Below are positions 37,920 to 48,544 of a DNA stretch of 64,000 nucleotides, piece by piece (position 1 is the first letter of the stretch; every line of letters starts with the position of its first letter). The translations under genes were made by a program, and so were the position numbers. This DNA is from Alphaproteobacteria bacterium (GTDB lineage Bacteria; Pseudomonadota; Alphaproteobacteria; RF32; CAG-239): NCBI GenBank assembly GCA_015062585.1, contig SUUJ01000001.1, positions 72,736 through 136,735 on the forward strand. Direction: 5' to 3'. The notes below the pieces were generated by a model. That model saw only the letters and a program-made list of their open reading frames with translations. It was not told the origin of the DNA and did not search any database.

Positions 37920-39791
37920 TTAATTAAAATTATGTTTAGTTTTTCTTCTCCAATATTTTCGGCTGATGTTATAAAATAATTTAAATATTTTCTTTAATAT
38001 TGAACTTTTAATAATCCTATATTGAAAATTGGATAATACATTATATTTTTTACACATCCTTAAAAAATCATTGAAAGAAATATCTAAGCATCCGACCCAA
38101 TTATATATTCCTCGTGCGGCACAATACATATTATAAGTTTTGTGTTTTGTAATTTTTCCTTTTTGATGATGTAGTAAATTCATTAATTGTTCGATTTTGG
38201 GATGCGTTGAAATATCATTTGAATCTGATAAAGTGTGCTGACGATATCTAAGTCCGCATCCTCTAATGATAATACTGTCACCCATAGAACTGATATCTAA
38301 AAGAAACGGTAAGTCAAATACTTTTCCAAATAGTTCAGGTTTGTAGTTACATTTGGTATAGGCGCTGGTTTTATAGATCATTGCTGCAAAACACCATCTC
38401 TGAATTGAATGCGCAAAATTAGCACTATTCGTTGCGTTCCACAGATAGTATGATTTGTTTAAGCTAGGCCAATTATTGTTATCAGGATTATACATAACAT
38501 CAAATGAACAACTGGCCATGACAGCATTAGGGTGTTTGTTAAATAATTTCATAGCTGTTTCAATAAACTGAGGATGAACGACATCATCATCATGAAATAC
38601 CGCCGTATATTCATTAGATGCTAAGATCTGGGTTTTTTGAAAATTTTTAGGATTTCCAATGTTTGTATCATTTTTGATATGTACTATATTTCTATCGGTA
38701 TATTCCTTTTGTATCATATTTATAACAGCATCTGTTTCATCTGTACTGGCGTTGTCTAAAATTTTAATAATAAATCCACTTGCTGTTTGTTTACACAAGG
38801 ATTCTAACATTGTTTTCAGATAGTTAGCCCTATTATAAGTTAGAACAAAAACATCTAAGTTAGGATAATTATTTGAGTTGTTAGATACAGAGTTTTTTAT
38901 ATGTTGTTTTTTCATAACGGACCTTATAATTGTAGTATAAAATTTTATGTTTTTATATAAATAAGGAAACCATAAATAAAGCAAATTTAGTTTATTTTTT
39001 ATTTTATTAGGACATATCAAATTTATAGGAACATACTTAACAAAAATATTAATTAACAAATTAATTTGTTTTTTAGTAATTCCAAATTCAGATGATTTTA
39101 TTAAAGTTTTCAGATGATCCGTATATATTGAAGGCCCTTTTGAATAATTAAGCCAAGTTTGTTCACCTAAATGTATTGTTACAATCGGTTCTTTATCACA
39201 AAATGTATAATATTTATGGCCTTTCGACAAACAGTAAAGAGCTAATAATAGGTGTAACCATTCTGAAGAGTAGTTTAGTTGCAAGAATTTTTTAGCATAA
39301 TCAGCCTTTACAACGATATTTGAACAACACCAAAAATGATATCCGCACATTGATAGAAACGCTGTAACATCATTTGACTCGGCTTCTTTTTCGATTTCCG
39401 TTCTTTGAATATATTTTTCATTTTGCAAAAAATTGTTCGTTAAATTTATTAGTGAATATGAAGTATCAGCTTTTATCAATGTGATTATTTTTTTTAATCC
39501 GTTTTCGCAATAAAAATCATCATCTCCAAGAAAATGTATGTATTTTCCTTTGGCTAGTTCACAGCATTTCAATATGTTTCCACTATATCTTATGATTTTA
39601 GGATGTTTTCTTATATATTCATTGACAATACTCTTTGTATTATCAGTAGAACAATTATCACTAATAACAATCTCAACACCGCTTATTTTATCCTTGGCGA
39701 TTTGTTGTAAAATGTTGTCGATATTATGTTTTATATATTTTTCACCATTATATGTTGGAATACATATTGATAAATAGATACATTTGTCCAT
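37920..39791 (-). CDS. two-domain family-2 glycosyltransferase
   Basis: 'LSICIPTYNGEKYI..ISDNCSTDNT' and second 'VFVLTYNRANYL..LDNASTDETD' GT2 signatures. Confidence 0.75.
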   Translation of the reverse strand: MDKCIYLSICIPTYNGEKYIKHNIDNILQQIAKDKISGVEIVISDNCSTDNTKSIVNEYIRKHPKIIRYSGNILKCCELAKGKYIHFLGDDDFYCENGLKKIITLIKADTSYSLINLTNNFLQNEKYIQRTEIEKEAESNDVTAFLSMCGYHFWCCSNIVVKADYAKKFLQLNYSSEWLHLLLALYCLSKGHKYYTFCDKEPIVTIHLGEQTWLNYSKGPSIYTDHLKTLIKSSEFGITKKQINLLINIFVKYVPINLICPNKIKNKLNLLYLWFPYLYKNIKFYTTIIRSVMKKQHIKNSVSNNSNNYPNLDVFVLTYNRANYLKTMLESLCKQTASGFIIKILDNASTDETDAVINMIQKEYTDRNIVHIKNDTNIGNPKNFQKTQILASNEYTAVFHDDDVVHPQFIETAMKLFNKHPNAVMASCSFDVMYNPDNNNWPSLNKSYYLWNATNSANFAHSIQRWCFAAMIYKTSAYTKCNYKPELFGKVFDLPFLLDISSMGDSIIIRGCGLRYRQHTLSDSNDISTHPKIEQLMNLLHHQKGKITKHKTYNMYCAARGIYNWVGCLDISFNDFLRMCKKYNVLSNFQYRIIKSSILKKIFKLFYNISRKYWRRKTKHNFN

Positions 39792-39802
39792 GATTGTTTT
39801 CT

Positions 39803-40855
39803 CTATGATATATGATATTTATTGTAATATTTTTTTAGTTTGCAATCAAATTTTTCTTTGTATTTTGTTGAAGAAATTTTTAATAATAATTTTAGACACT
39901 TAACCTTAAATTTTATAAGACTGAATTTAAGGTAAAAAGCAAGCAAGTATTTAATAATAATTTTTTTATATTTTGTTCTCATATTACAGTAAAAATCCAT
40001 GATATTATAAAAATTATTATGTATGAATGATAGATTTATATATTGCTTTATAACACTATCTATATCCCGTTTTCCGTTTCTCCAATCTATATATTCAATT
40101 AAAATATCCATGGTTTGATACTTTAGATTCGTATCATTCAAATCGGATATAGCAATTGCAAAGCCACCCTCAAAAGTCATATTTACAAATCTGCTGCTGC
40201 AAAATTTTTTATCATAACCCCTTAACCAACTTACATCTTCAGCTGTTTTGTTTTCATAAACTCCATGTTTAACAATTTGTTTATCCACGACATATAAGGT
40301 TCCATGGTTATTTATAAAATTTACCAAAGGAATAATATGGGGAAACATACAGTACACATTATCATATATTGTTTTAATAACAGTATCATTTAATAGGTCT
40401 TTAGAATAAATTACCGCACTTACAAAAGCAGATTGAGTTAATTGTTTTGATATATTATATTTGAATTTTTCCGGTAAATCCATTCTTGACACAATTATGG
40501 CTTTTTCATTTGCTAAAATTGCTTGTTCAACTTCAGACCAATTACTCCAGTCATAAGTATCATCATCTGCGACAATCCACAGATAGTCTTTTGTATTATA
40601 CTCAAAGGCCTTTGCTATGTTTGCATTTGCTCCGACATTATAGTTGTTTTTCTTGTATGTAATATTTTTATGCTGTTTCTGAAAGTGTTTCACAACAGAA
40701 TATGTATCATCATTACTGCAATTATCAAGAATCATTATATCATAATCTCTAACAGGTGATGTTTCACTTAAAAATATATCCAAGGTTCTCTGCAGATATT
40801 TTTTTCTATTAAATGTAATTATTATAATTTGTAACTTATTTTTTGCTGAAATCAT
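39803..40855 (-). CDS. family-2 glycosyltransferase
   Basis: 'IIIITFNRKKYL..LDNCSNDDT'. Start trimmed to the internal Met (MISAKNK) to avoid an 80-nt overlap. Confidence 0.65.
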   Translation of the reverse strand: MISAKNKLQIIIITFNRKKYLQRTLDIFLSETSPVRDYDIMILDNCSNDDTYSVVKHFQKQHKNITYKKNNYNVGANANIAKAFEYNTKDYLWIVADDDTYDWSNWSEVEQAILANEKAIIVSRMDLPEKFKYNISKQLTQSAFVSAVIYSKDLLNDTVIKTIYDNVYCMFPHIIPLVNFINNHGTLYVVDKQIVKHGVYENKTAEDVSWLRGYDKKFCSSRFVNMTFEGGFAIAISDLNDTNLKYQTMDILIEYIDWRNGKRDIDSVIKQYINLSFIHNNFYNIMDFYCNMRTKYKKIIIKYLLAFYLKFSLIKFKVKCLKLLLKISSTKYKEKFDCKLKKYYNKYHIS

Positions 40856-41690
40856 TGCTTCTTTCCTTAAGCATGTTTTTGATACCATCGTGATAGGGAG
40901 TAAAGTTAAATTCATTAATAATACTTTTTAGTAGAGTATTATCCGCCGTATATTCATTGTTCATACCATCTTGCTTAAATAATATAGAAAAATTACTATT
41001 GTTAACCTCATTAGCTATTTCAGCTAATCTTTTAATCGTTATGTCGTCGGTTTGTGTAACATTAATAAATTTATATTTAGGAAAATTTTTAATAAAATAT
41101 TCAACAATTTTACAAAGATCATCAATATAAATAAAACTAAATTTTACATTTTGATTAAGTTCTATATTCTTTTTGTTTATAATACTATTGATAATACAGC
41201 TTGTTACTCTGGTTGGATTTTCTCCTATTCCATAAACTCCAAACAGGCGAAGATTTAATATATTTTTGCTATTAGTAATCATTTTAGATATAACATATTT
41301 AGAATAGCCATATGGATCTTTAGGAACAGATTTGCCAAAATCTTCTTCTTTGACATTTGTTATATTTGTGCTTTTATCATACTCCGCTCCGGAACCAAGA
41401 ATAATCATTTTGCAGCTATCAGAAGTGTGTTCTGCCAAATTGTTAAACATTTCAATATTTGGTCTGGCTACATCATCATTTGTTGCACCAGGAGTTATTC
41501 TAACGCCCATAGCAGCGCAATGAATAATAAAATCTATTTTGTTTTTATCAAAATAATTAGCGACTTCTTGTTTATTCAATAGGTCCAATTCTGTTATCGA
41601 AGGAGTAAACAAGGTATAATTATCAAGTAAATAACTCTTTATGTGAGAGCCAATAAAACCATCAGCACCTGAAATGAAAATGTTGGTCAT
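40836..41690 (-). CDS. NAD-dependent sugar epimerase/reductase (YerF-like candidate)
   Basis: 'IFISGADGFIGSHIKSYL' Rossmann motif. 284 aa. Adjacent to the TPP enzyme and ddh genes. Confidence 0.6.
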   Translation of the reverse strand: MTNIFISGADGFIGSHIKSYLLDNYTLFTPSITELDLLNKQEVANYFDKNKIDFIIHCAAMGVRITPGATNDDVARPNIEMFNNLAEHTSDSCKMIILGSGAEYDKSTNITNVKEEDFGKSVPKDPYGYSKYVISKMITNSKNILNLRLFGVYGIGENPTRVTSCIINSIINKKNIELNQNVKFSFIYIDDLCKIVEYFIKNFPKYKFINVTQTDDITIKRLAEIANEVNNSNFSILFKQDGMNNEYTADNTLLKSIINEFNFTPYHDGIKNMLKERSNDFSKK

Positions 41691-43399
41691 TATAGTTCTT
41701 CCTTTTTTATTTGCTCTAATTCTTCATCAGAAATTAAAGGATGCATTTTATCTATAGTATTTCCAAACAGAACCTTAGGGGTAATTTGTGTACTCTGTTC
41801 AAATATAATATTTATCAATACATGATCGTTTGATTCTAGAAAATCATTTATCATATCATCTGTGAGGTCTTCAGCCCTGACTGTTATTCCATTAATTTTA
41901 TATGCATTGGCAACTAAAGAAAAATCAGGAGCTGAATAATCATGTACAGTCGATGCGTTTCTACCTTCAAAATATAAATCTTGAAATTGTCTAACCATAC
42001 CTAGACTAAAGTTATTCATAATCACTATTTTGATAGGTAAGTTTCTTCTTTTAATTATTTCTAACTCTTGAATATTCATTTGGAAACCGCCGTCTCCTGA
42101 TATTACAATACTTCGAGCTCCTGATATACTTGCGCCAATGGCTGCCGGTAGGGCAAATCCCATGCATCCCAGTCCACCAGATGATAAGTGCCGTGAATGT
42201 TCTTTTACAACTAAAGATTGTCCGACCCACATCTGATGTTGTCCGACATCTGAGCAAACAACATCATCATTATTCAACTTTTCGCTGATCTTCTTAATAA
42301 TTATGTTGGGTAAATTCTTGTTTCCATCCAAATCCTCTGTTGATGGATATTTTTTCTTTAACTGAAGAACTTTACTTTGCCAATTTGTAATATTTATATT
42401 CAATTCTTTTTGACATAATTGCTGGAAAAAACTATCTATGGATAAGTTAACGGTTATTTTATTCAGATTACTACACTTCAGTTGACCTTCATCTATATCA
42501 ACATGTATAATTTTTTTATTGTTAAAAATAGATGTATTAGCTCCTATTTGCCTGATATCCAACCTTGATCCTAAAACTAATATTGTATCAGCTATAGATA
42601 ACGCAATGTTAGCATATCTGTTTCCATAAGTGCCAATCATTCCCAAATTGTATATATACTCAGAAGGTACACAATCCAGACCTAATAAAGACTCTACAAC
42701 AGGAATTTGTGTTTTGTCCAAAAAATCTCTTAAATATTGTTGAGCCGAAGATAAACGCACGCCATTGCCAACAAGAATAATAGGAGATTTTGAAGAATTT
42801 ATAATATCAATAATGTTTTTTAGATCTATTTCATTTTGGGGAACGCAAGGAGCATAAAAAGACCTTGCTTTAGAAAAATCAAAATCAATTCGCTGAATAT
42901 CCATAGGAATATCAATTAAAACAGGACCTTTTCTACCATCCTGAGCAATAAAAAACGCTTTTTCAAGTTCATATCGTAAATTTTTAATATCATCAATAAG
43001 GACGGCATATTTTGTTATTGGTTTTGCCATAGAAACAATATCTGTTTCTTGGAATCCTGTTTGTCGTATTTCAGGAAACTTTTTATATTCAAAAGTATTA
43101 ACTTGCCCTGTTATAAATACTACAGGAGTAGAATCAAAATAGCAACTTGCCATAGGGGTTAATAAATTTGTTGCTCCAGGTCCTGATGTTGCTATTGCAA
43201 CAGATACTTTTCCTGTTACTCGGGAATATCCTTCTGCTGCAAAACCAGCCCCTTGTTCTGTGATGGTATTAACCATTTCAATATAATCTGATTGATAGAT
43301 GCTATCTGTGAGATGAGCAACCATTCCTCCAATATATCCAAAAATTTTAGAAATATTTTTCTGTATAAAAAAATCTACTATAAAGTCAGAAGCTTTCAT
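41690..43399 (-). CDS. thiamine-pyrophosphate enzyme of the acetolactate-synthase family (YerE-like branched-sugar synthase candidate)
   Basis: ALS-like N-terminal 'GYIGGMVAHL..EQGAGFAAEGYSRVTGKVSVAIATSGPGATNL'. 569 aa. Placed between ddhC and a reductase. Confidence 0.6.
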   Translation of the reverse strand: MKASDFIVDFFIQKNISKIFGYIGGMVAHLTDSIYQSDYIEMVNTITEQGAGFAAEGYSRVTGKVSVAIATSGPGATNLLTPMASCYFDSTPVVFITGQVNTFEYKKFPEIRQTGFQETDIVSMAKPITKYAVLIDDIKNLRYELEKAFFIAQDGRKGPVLIDIPMDIQRIDFDFSKARSFYAPCVPQNEIDLKNIIDIINSSKSPIILVGNGVRLSSAQQYLRDFLDKTQIPVVESLLGLDCVPSEYIYNLGMIGTYGNRYANIALSIADTILVLGSRLDIRQIGANTSIFNNKKIIHVDIDEGQLKCSNLNKITVNLSIDSFFQQLCQKELNINITNWQSKVLQLKKKYPSTEDLDGNKNLPNIIIKKISEKLNNDDVVCSDVGQHQMWVGQSLVVKEHSRHLSSGGLGCMGFALPAAIGASISGARSIVISGDGGFQMNIQELEIIKRRNLPIKIVIMNNFSLGMVRQFQDLYFEGRNASTVHDYSAPDFSLVANAYKINGITVRAEDLTDDMINDFLESNDHVLINIIFEQSTQITPKVLFGNTIDKMHPLISDEELEQIKKEEL

Positions 43400-44760
43400 T
43401 ATACAATACTCCGGATGAAGTCGTGAATAACCTTAGATGTCTTTTTCATATCTTCCGGAGTATTGTTCTGAGCAACACCTACCCAAAATGTGTGATTCAT
43501 TATAAATTCTGTTCCGGGTAAACTAGCATAATGTATTTCATGTAATTCTTTTGCATTCAATAACTCTGAACTACCAATCCGTAAATTGATATCATTTTCC
43601 ACAATCATTGGTTGACGCAAAATGTTACCCGCAAACAATTGACGTGTTCCAATGCCATTAGCTTCTAGATACTTTACCAAGTCTTGCTTAGTAAATGGAG
43701 CATTCTCCTTTACTGAAATTAAAAAACCAAACCATGATGGAGTACAATTTTCTGTAATTTTTGGTAAAATTAAATAATCTTCTAAATCAGATAGTTCTCG
43801 CAACAGTGTTTCTGCATTTTCTTTACGCATAGCTAAAAATTTATCTAATTTTTTAAGTTGGGCTAAAGCAATGGCTGCTTGCCAATCAGTAATCTTTAAG
43901 TTATAACCGATGTGTGAATATGTATATTTATGATCATAACCTTTCGGTAAATTGCCTAACTTTAAGTTAAATCGATTATGACAAGTATCATCACAACCAG
44001 GTTTACACCAGCAATCACGTCCCCAATCTCTAAAAGACATAATGATGCGGTGTAATATAGGATCATTAGTTACGACAGCGCCACCTTCACCCATTGTAAT
44101 ATGATGCGCAGGATAAAAACTATATGTTCCTATATGACCAATTGTTCCGGCATATTTACCATTCCATTTTGCACCCAATGCATCACAACTATCTTCAATT
44201 ACCCAAAGATTATATTTTTGAGCTAAATCCATAATTTTATCCATATCATACATATTACCCAATGTATGAGCTAAGAAAATTGCTCTGGTTTTAGGTGAAA
44301 TAGCTTCTTCAATTTTGTTTACATCAATATTATATGTTCCAACCTCACAATCAACAAATACGGGAATCATACCATTTTGAATAATAGGATTCACTGTCGT
44401 TGGAAATCCTGCAGCCACGGCAATAACTTCATCACCTTTCTTTAATGCTCTGTCTTGTAGCTTGTGAGATGTCAAAGCTGAAAATGCTAACAAGTTGGCT
44501 GACGATCCAGAGTTTGTTGTAAGTGCATATTTTACACCTAATTTTTGTGCAAAGTCTTTTTCAAATTCATCATTAAAACGACCGGAGGTCAACCACATAT
44601 CCATAGAAGCCTCAAACATATTTATAAGTTCTTCGCATCCAATATTTTTACCCGATGCTGGAATATATTTTTTTTCTCTTTTTGCTTTCTCTTCTTCTAA
44701 ACAATTAGCGTAATCTTTAGCTAAATCCAAAATTTGTTGTTTGATGCTTTCTTTATTCAT
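43399..44760 (-). CDS. ddhC: CDP-6-deoxy-D-xylo-4-hexulose-3-dehydrase (E1)
   Basis: DegT-family fold with 'SFYPAHHITMGEGG', i.e. His in place of the PLP-binding Lys, the hallmark of the E1 dehydrase. 453 aa. Confidence 0.75.
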   Translation of the reverse strand: MNKESIKQQILDLAKDYANCLEEEKAKREKKYIPASGKNIGCEELINMFEASMDMWLTSGRFNDEFEKDFAQKLGVKYALTTNSGSSANLLAFSALTSHKLQDRALKKGDEVIAVAAGFPTTVNPIIQNGMIPVFVDCEVGTYNIDVNKIEEAISPKTRAIFLAHTLGNMYDMDKIMDLAQKYNLWVIEDSCDALGAKWNGKYAGTIGHIGTYSFYPAHHITMGEGGAVVTNDPILHRIIMSFRDWGRDCWCKPGCDDTCHNRFNLKLGNLPKGYDHKYTYSHIGYNLKITDWQAAIALAQLKKLDKFLAMRKENAETLLRELSDLEDYLILPKITENCTPSWFGFLISVKENAPFTKQDLVKYLEANGIGTRQLFAGNILRQPMIVENDINLRIGSSELLNAKELHEIHYASLPGTEFIMNHTFWVGVAQNNTPEDMKKTSKVIHDFIRSIV

Positions 44761-44761
44761 A

Positions 44762-45853
44762 TTATAAACTCCAATCTATATTTTTTGCTTGTGCGTTTGC
44801 TACAAATTCATTGATTTGTTTTTTTGTAAAATCAACCATATCTGTATCGTTTTTATAAAAAGCTTTGTACCATTCTGTTGTTTTAATAATTGCTTCTTCT
44901 GCACTATAAACAGGTTTCACACCCAGTTCTTTTTCTGCTTTTTCAATGTTAAGTTGAAGTAGGTTAGCCTCATGCAATCCATCAGCTTTGCCGACTTCAA
45001 CTTTCCCATTTCCCCAAACCTCAGAAACTTTTTGTGCGACCTCACAAACTTTTACATCTTTATTCATTTCCGGTCCAAAATTATACCCCTGAGCATATTT
45101 AGAGCCTTCTTCTAATAATTTTTGTCCTAAACGCAGATATCCGGCTAATGGCTCTAATACATGTTGCCAAGGACGAGTTGCTAAAGGATTTCTTATAAAG
45201 ACAGTTTCATTTTGTTGAAATGCTTTAATACAATCTGGTATAAGCCTGTCTTTTGCCCAATCACCACCACCAATAACATTACCCGCACGACCGGATGCCA
45301 AAGCATAAGGTTTACCATCAGTCAAGAATGAACGACGATATGAAGATGTTAGAATTTCAGAACATCCCTTGGATGAGGAATAAATATCATATCCGCCCAT
45401 TGGCTCGTCTTCTTTATATCCTTCTTTTTTCTCTTTGTTTTCATAGCATTTATCTGTGGTTACATTCACAAAGGCCTTAACAGATGGTGTTTTACGTGCG
45501 GCTTCTAAAACTTTTAGTGTGCCAATAATATTAGTTTCATATGTTTCCACAGGTTCAGAATATGAAAGACGAACAATCGGCTGCGCGGCTAAATGGAAAA
45601 CGATGTCAGGATTATGCTTGGCAAAATATGTTTCTAACTTTTGGTTTTCTCGAATATCCGCAATTAAACTATCATCTAAAGTATTTTCTAAATTTAACAC
45701 TTTAAACAAATGTTTTTCAGTATCAGGCAAAAGAGAATATCCGACAACTTTAGCACCCATCTGCTTCAACCAAAATGCAAGCCAACTTCCTTTAAAACCC
45801 GCATGACCGGTAATTAATACGGTTTTATTTGAATAAATATTATTAAATAGCAT
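44762..45853 (-). CDS. ddhB: CDP-glucose 4,6-dehydratase
   Basis: 'VLITGHAGFKGSWLAFWL' N-terminus. 363 aa. Between ddhA and ddhC. Confidence 0.75.
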   Translation of the reverse strand: MLFNNIYSNKTVLITGHAGFKGSWLAFWLKQMGAKVVGYSLLPDTEKHLFKVLNLENTLDDSLIADIRENQKLETYFAKHNPDIVFHLAAQPIVRLSYSEPVETYETNIIGTLKVLEAARKTPSVKAFVNVTTDKCYENKEKKEGYKEDEPMGGYDIYSSSKGCSEILTSSYRRSFLTDGKPYALASGRAGNVIGGGDWAKDRLIPDCIKAFQQNETVFIRNPLATRPWQHVLEPLAGYLRLGQKLLEEGSKYAQGYNFGPEMNKDVKVCEVAQKVSEVWGNGKVEVGKADGLHEANLLQLNIEKAEKELGVKPVYSAEEAIIKTTEWYKAFYKNDTDMVDFTKKQINEFVANAQAKNIDWSL

Positions 45854-45854
45854 G

Positions 45855-46637
45855 TTAATTATTCCAAATCTTCCAAGGGGCTCTATTTTCAGCCCATAAT
45901 TGATTTAAATCTTGCTTATCTTTCAACATGTCCATCGGATGCCAAAAGCCTACATGTTTATATGCATTCAATTGTTTATCCCTAGATAAAGATAATAAGG
46001 CACTTTTTTCAAACATTAACTCATCTGAATTTTCTGGAAGATAATTAAATATCGCAGGTTCACAAATCATAAATCCGGCATTGATCCAAGATCCGCTTTC
46101 CTTAGGTTTTTCCGCAAAATTTGATATTGTTCCATCACCTTCAATTCCTAATGACCCATATTTACCTTCAGGTTGATATGCTGTTAATGTGCATATTTTT
46201 CCGGATTTCTTATGAGCTTCTAATAAGTCGGGGATAGATATATCTGCTACACCATCACCATATGTCAACATAAAAGGTTCATTACCAATATATTTTTGAG
46301 CCTTTTTAATTCGTCCTGCAGTTAGAGTGTTTCTTCCGGTATATAGCAAAGTAACTTTAAATGGTTCACAATGATTTTGGTGCACTGTTATATCATTTGT
46401 TGATAAATCAACAGTTACATCGGAGTTATTCATATAGTAATTAACAAAGTAATCTTTTATTACCTCTTGCTTATAGCCGGTTAAAATAACAAAATCATTA
46501 TAACCATAGTGAGAATATATTTTCATTATATGCCATAAAATAGGATATCCTCCAATTCCGACCATAGGTTTAGGTTTAATTGAAGTTTCTTCTCCTAATC
46601 TTGTTCCTAGGCCACCGGCCAATATTACTACTTTCAT
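45855..46637 (-). CDS. ddhA: glucose-1-phosphate cytidylyltransferase
   Basis: 'MKVVILAGGLGTRL..SIKPKPMV.IGG.PILWHIM' motif. 260 aa. Confidence 0.8.
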   Translation of the reverse strand: MKVVILAGGLGTRLGEETSIKPKPMVGIGGYPILWHIMKIYSHYGYNDFVILTGYKQEVIKDYFVNYYMNNSDVTVDLSTNDITVHQNHCEPFKVTLLYTGRNTLTAGRIKKAQKYIGNEPFMLTYGDGVADISIPDLLEAHKKSGKICTLTAYQPEGKYGSLGIEGDGTISNFAEKPKESGSWINAGFMICEPAIFNYLPENSDELMFEKSALLSLSRDKQLNAYKHVGFWHPMDMLKDKQDLNQLWAENRAPWKIWNN

Positions 46638-47473
46638 TTTTTATTTCTCCTCAATTTAATTTGCAATTTTCCGATATGATAAATCTTATGAGACGATGTT
46701 TTTTCCTTATATAAAAACGGCGGTTTCTTTCCACAAAATGCGTCAAACCTACGACGCATACTTTTTGCCAAAAAGTTATAATTTTGCTTGTACATATCCG
46801 TGTGAAATGAAAAAATTTTATTGAACGAAAAGGTATACTTTTCAAGACTATCACTCAGCTTGGTAATCATCGATACTTCATGTTGCCGGTAATAAAACAA
46901 AACCTCCGGAATTCTATACACTCCAACGCCGTTTTCAATCAGAGAAAGCCAAAATTCATAATCTTCTAAGCCATAAATCATTTCTTTCTTGTAACCACCG
47001 ACTTTTTCCCAATCTGATTTTCTAAACAATGCCGTACAAAAGATACGATTACTATTTAAGATATCAGGAAACTTATATTCTTTTAGGGGCCACAGTCCTT
47101 GTTTGGCTCCAAAAAACTCTGCCAAACAGTAAACTATTCCTATTTTATCATTATTCTCAATAACATTAACGGCCTTTTCAATATAGGTAGGCCCAATTTT
47201 ATCATCAGCATCAAGAGGCAAGATATACTTACCAGTTGCTGCTGCGATACCGGTATTGCGAGCTTCGGCCAATCCCTCATTTTGTTTGTTGATTACTTTT
47301 GTCTTAGGTTTGGAATAATTATTTAGTAAAGTATTAGTTGCTTCATCCGTTGAACCGTCATTAACAATAATTATTTCAATATCATCATAACTCTGTGCCA
47401 AGCATGAATTAACAGCCTCATCAACATATTGTCCGTGATTGTAACAAGGAATTACTATACTAACTCTAGGCAT
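46634..47473 (-). CDS. family-2 glycosyltransferase
   Basis: 'VSIVIPCYNHGQYV..DIEIIIVNDGSTD' GT2 signature. Confidence 0.7.
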   Translation of the reverse strand: MPRVSIVIPCYNHGQYVDEAVNSCLAQSYDDIEIIIVNDGSTDEATNTLLNNYSKPKTKVINKQNEGLAEARNTGIAAATGKYILPLDADDKIGPTYIEKAVNVIENNDKIGIVYCLAEFFGAKQGLWPLKEYKFPDILNSNRIFCTALFRKSDWEKVGGYKKEMIYGLEDYEFWLSLIENGVGVYRIPEVLFYYRQHEVSMITKLSDSLEKYTFSFNKIFSFHTDMYKQNYNFLAKSMRRRFDAFCGKKPPFLYKEKTSSHKIYHIGKLQIKLRRNKK

Positions 47474-47476
47474 ATA

Positions 47477-48334
47477 TTACTTCTCCTGCAATTTAATTAC
47501 AGATTTGCTTGCAAACAGCGGCAATTTCTTAAAAAGGTATACTTTTGTGAGATTTGCTTGTTTTTTGATTGTTATAAAAGGAATAAAACCAAACAGTCTT
47601 ATTCTTGTGGTATGCTTGGCTTTGAATAAAAATTCTTCATACAATTGCGGGTTGTCATTTTTTACAAAAGACCAAATACTCAAAGTTGCCTGACGCATTT
47701 TATCACTTTGTCGGTGTGAGGTATTTTGTCCGTGATCTCTGTAATGAAATAAAATCTCGTTCAAATTGTGAAAATTGGTAAAAGGTATCAGTCTGCACCA
47801 CAAAGCGTAGTCTTCAGAGGGTGAAAATTCTTCTTCATAACGGATGTTATTTTCAGTCAAAACTGATTTTCTAATCATGGCGGCCGAGTGGTTTATACTG
47901 CAAACCCTCATTAAAGCCAGTTTTATATCGTGGTTATTGCTCGGATTTCTGGATGTTTTGCCTCTTATCATGGTTTTGACCTTGCAAGAAACAACCCCGA
48001 CATCCGAATGTTCGTCTAAATAAGCTACTTGCTTTTCCAGTCTGTCGGGTAAAGATATGTCATCATGGTCAAAAACTGCCAGATATTCGCCACTTGCCAT
48101 ATCTATAAGCTTATTTCTACTTGGCGTAATTCCTAGATTTTGCTCATTTTTAGAATATTTTATGCGTTTGTCTTTGTATGATTTTACAATTTCTTCTCGG
48201 TCATCATCAGGACAATCGTCAAGAATCAAAAATTCAAAGTCCGAAAAGGTCTGATCGAGGATAGATTCTATAGCCTCTCTTAAATACTTTTCATTAGTTT
48301 TATATACAGGCATTAACACCGATACTTTGGGCAT
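47477..48334 (-). CDS. family-2 glycosyltransferase, copy 1 of an inverted duplicate pair
   Basis: 'VSVLMPVYKTNEKYL..FEFLILDDCPDDD'. ~95 % aa identity to 48560-49417. Confidence 0.75.
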   Translation of the reverse strand: MPKVSVLMPVYKTNEKYLREAIESILDQTFSDFEFLILDDCPDDDREEIVKSYKDKRIKYSKNEQNLGITPSRNKLIDMASGEYLAVFDHDDISLPDRLEKQVAYLDEHSDVGVVSCKVKTMIRGKTSRNPSNNHDIKLALMRVCSINHSAAMIRKSVLTENNIRYEEEFSPSEDYALWCRLIPFTNFHNLNEILFHYRDHGQNTSHRQSDKMRQATLSIWSFVKNDNPQLYEEFLFKAKHTTRIRLFGFIPFITIKKQANLTKVYLFKKLPLFASKSVIKLQEK

Positions 48335-48385
48335 TGCTAATCCTTTTCACTTTGAATTGTCCTAATTTTATGGAACACGACAGCT

Positions 48386-48544
48386 TATCCATAAACCACC
48401 GTTTACGGATAGTTATTCAAGAGGCTTTTGGTAAAGTTAAAAAAAATAAGGAAAAAGCTTGTATTTTCTATTTTTTTCCTTGCATTATTGTTTTTATTGG
48501 AGTAAGACTTTCACTATGTAATTTAAACGGTGGTTTATGGATAA
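48386..48544. promoter_or_regulatory. candidate invertible promoter segment: 117 bp bounded by perfect 21-bp inverted repeats
   Basis: ttatccataaaccaccgttta at 48386-48406 and its exact reverse complement at 48524-48544. Enclosed AT-rich segment contains TTGCAT/TTGTAT -35-like hexamers. Sits between two divergent operons. Confidence 0.5.
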
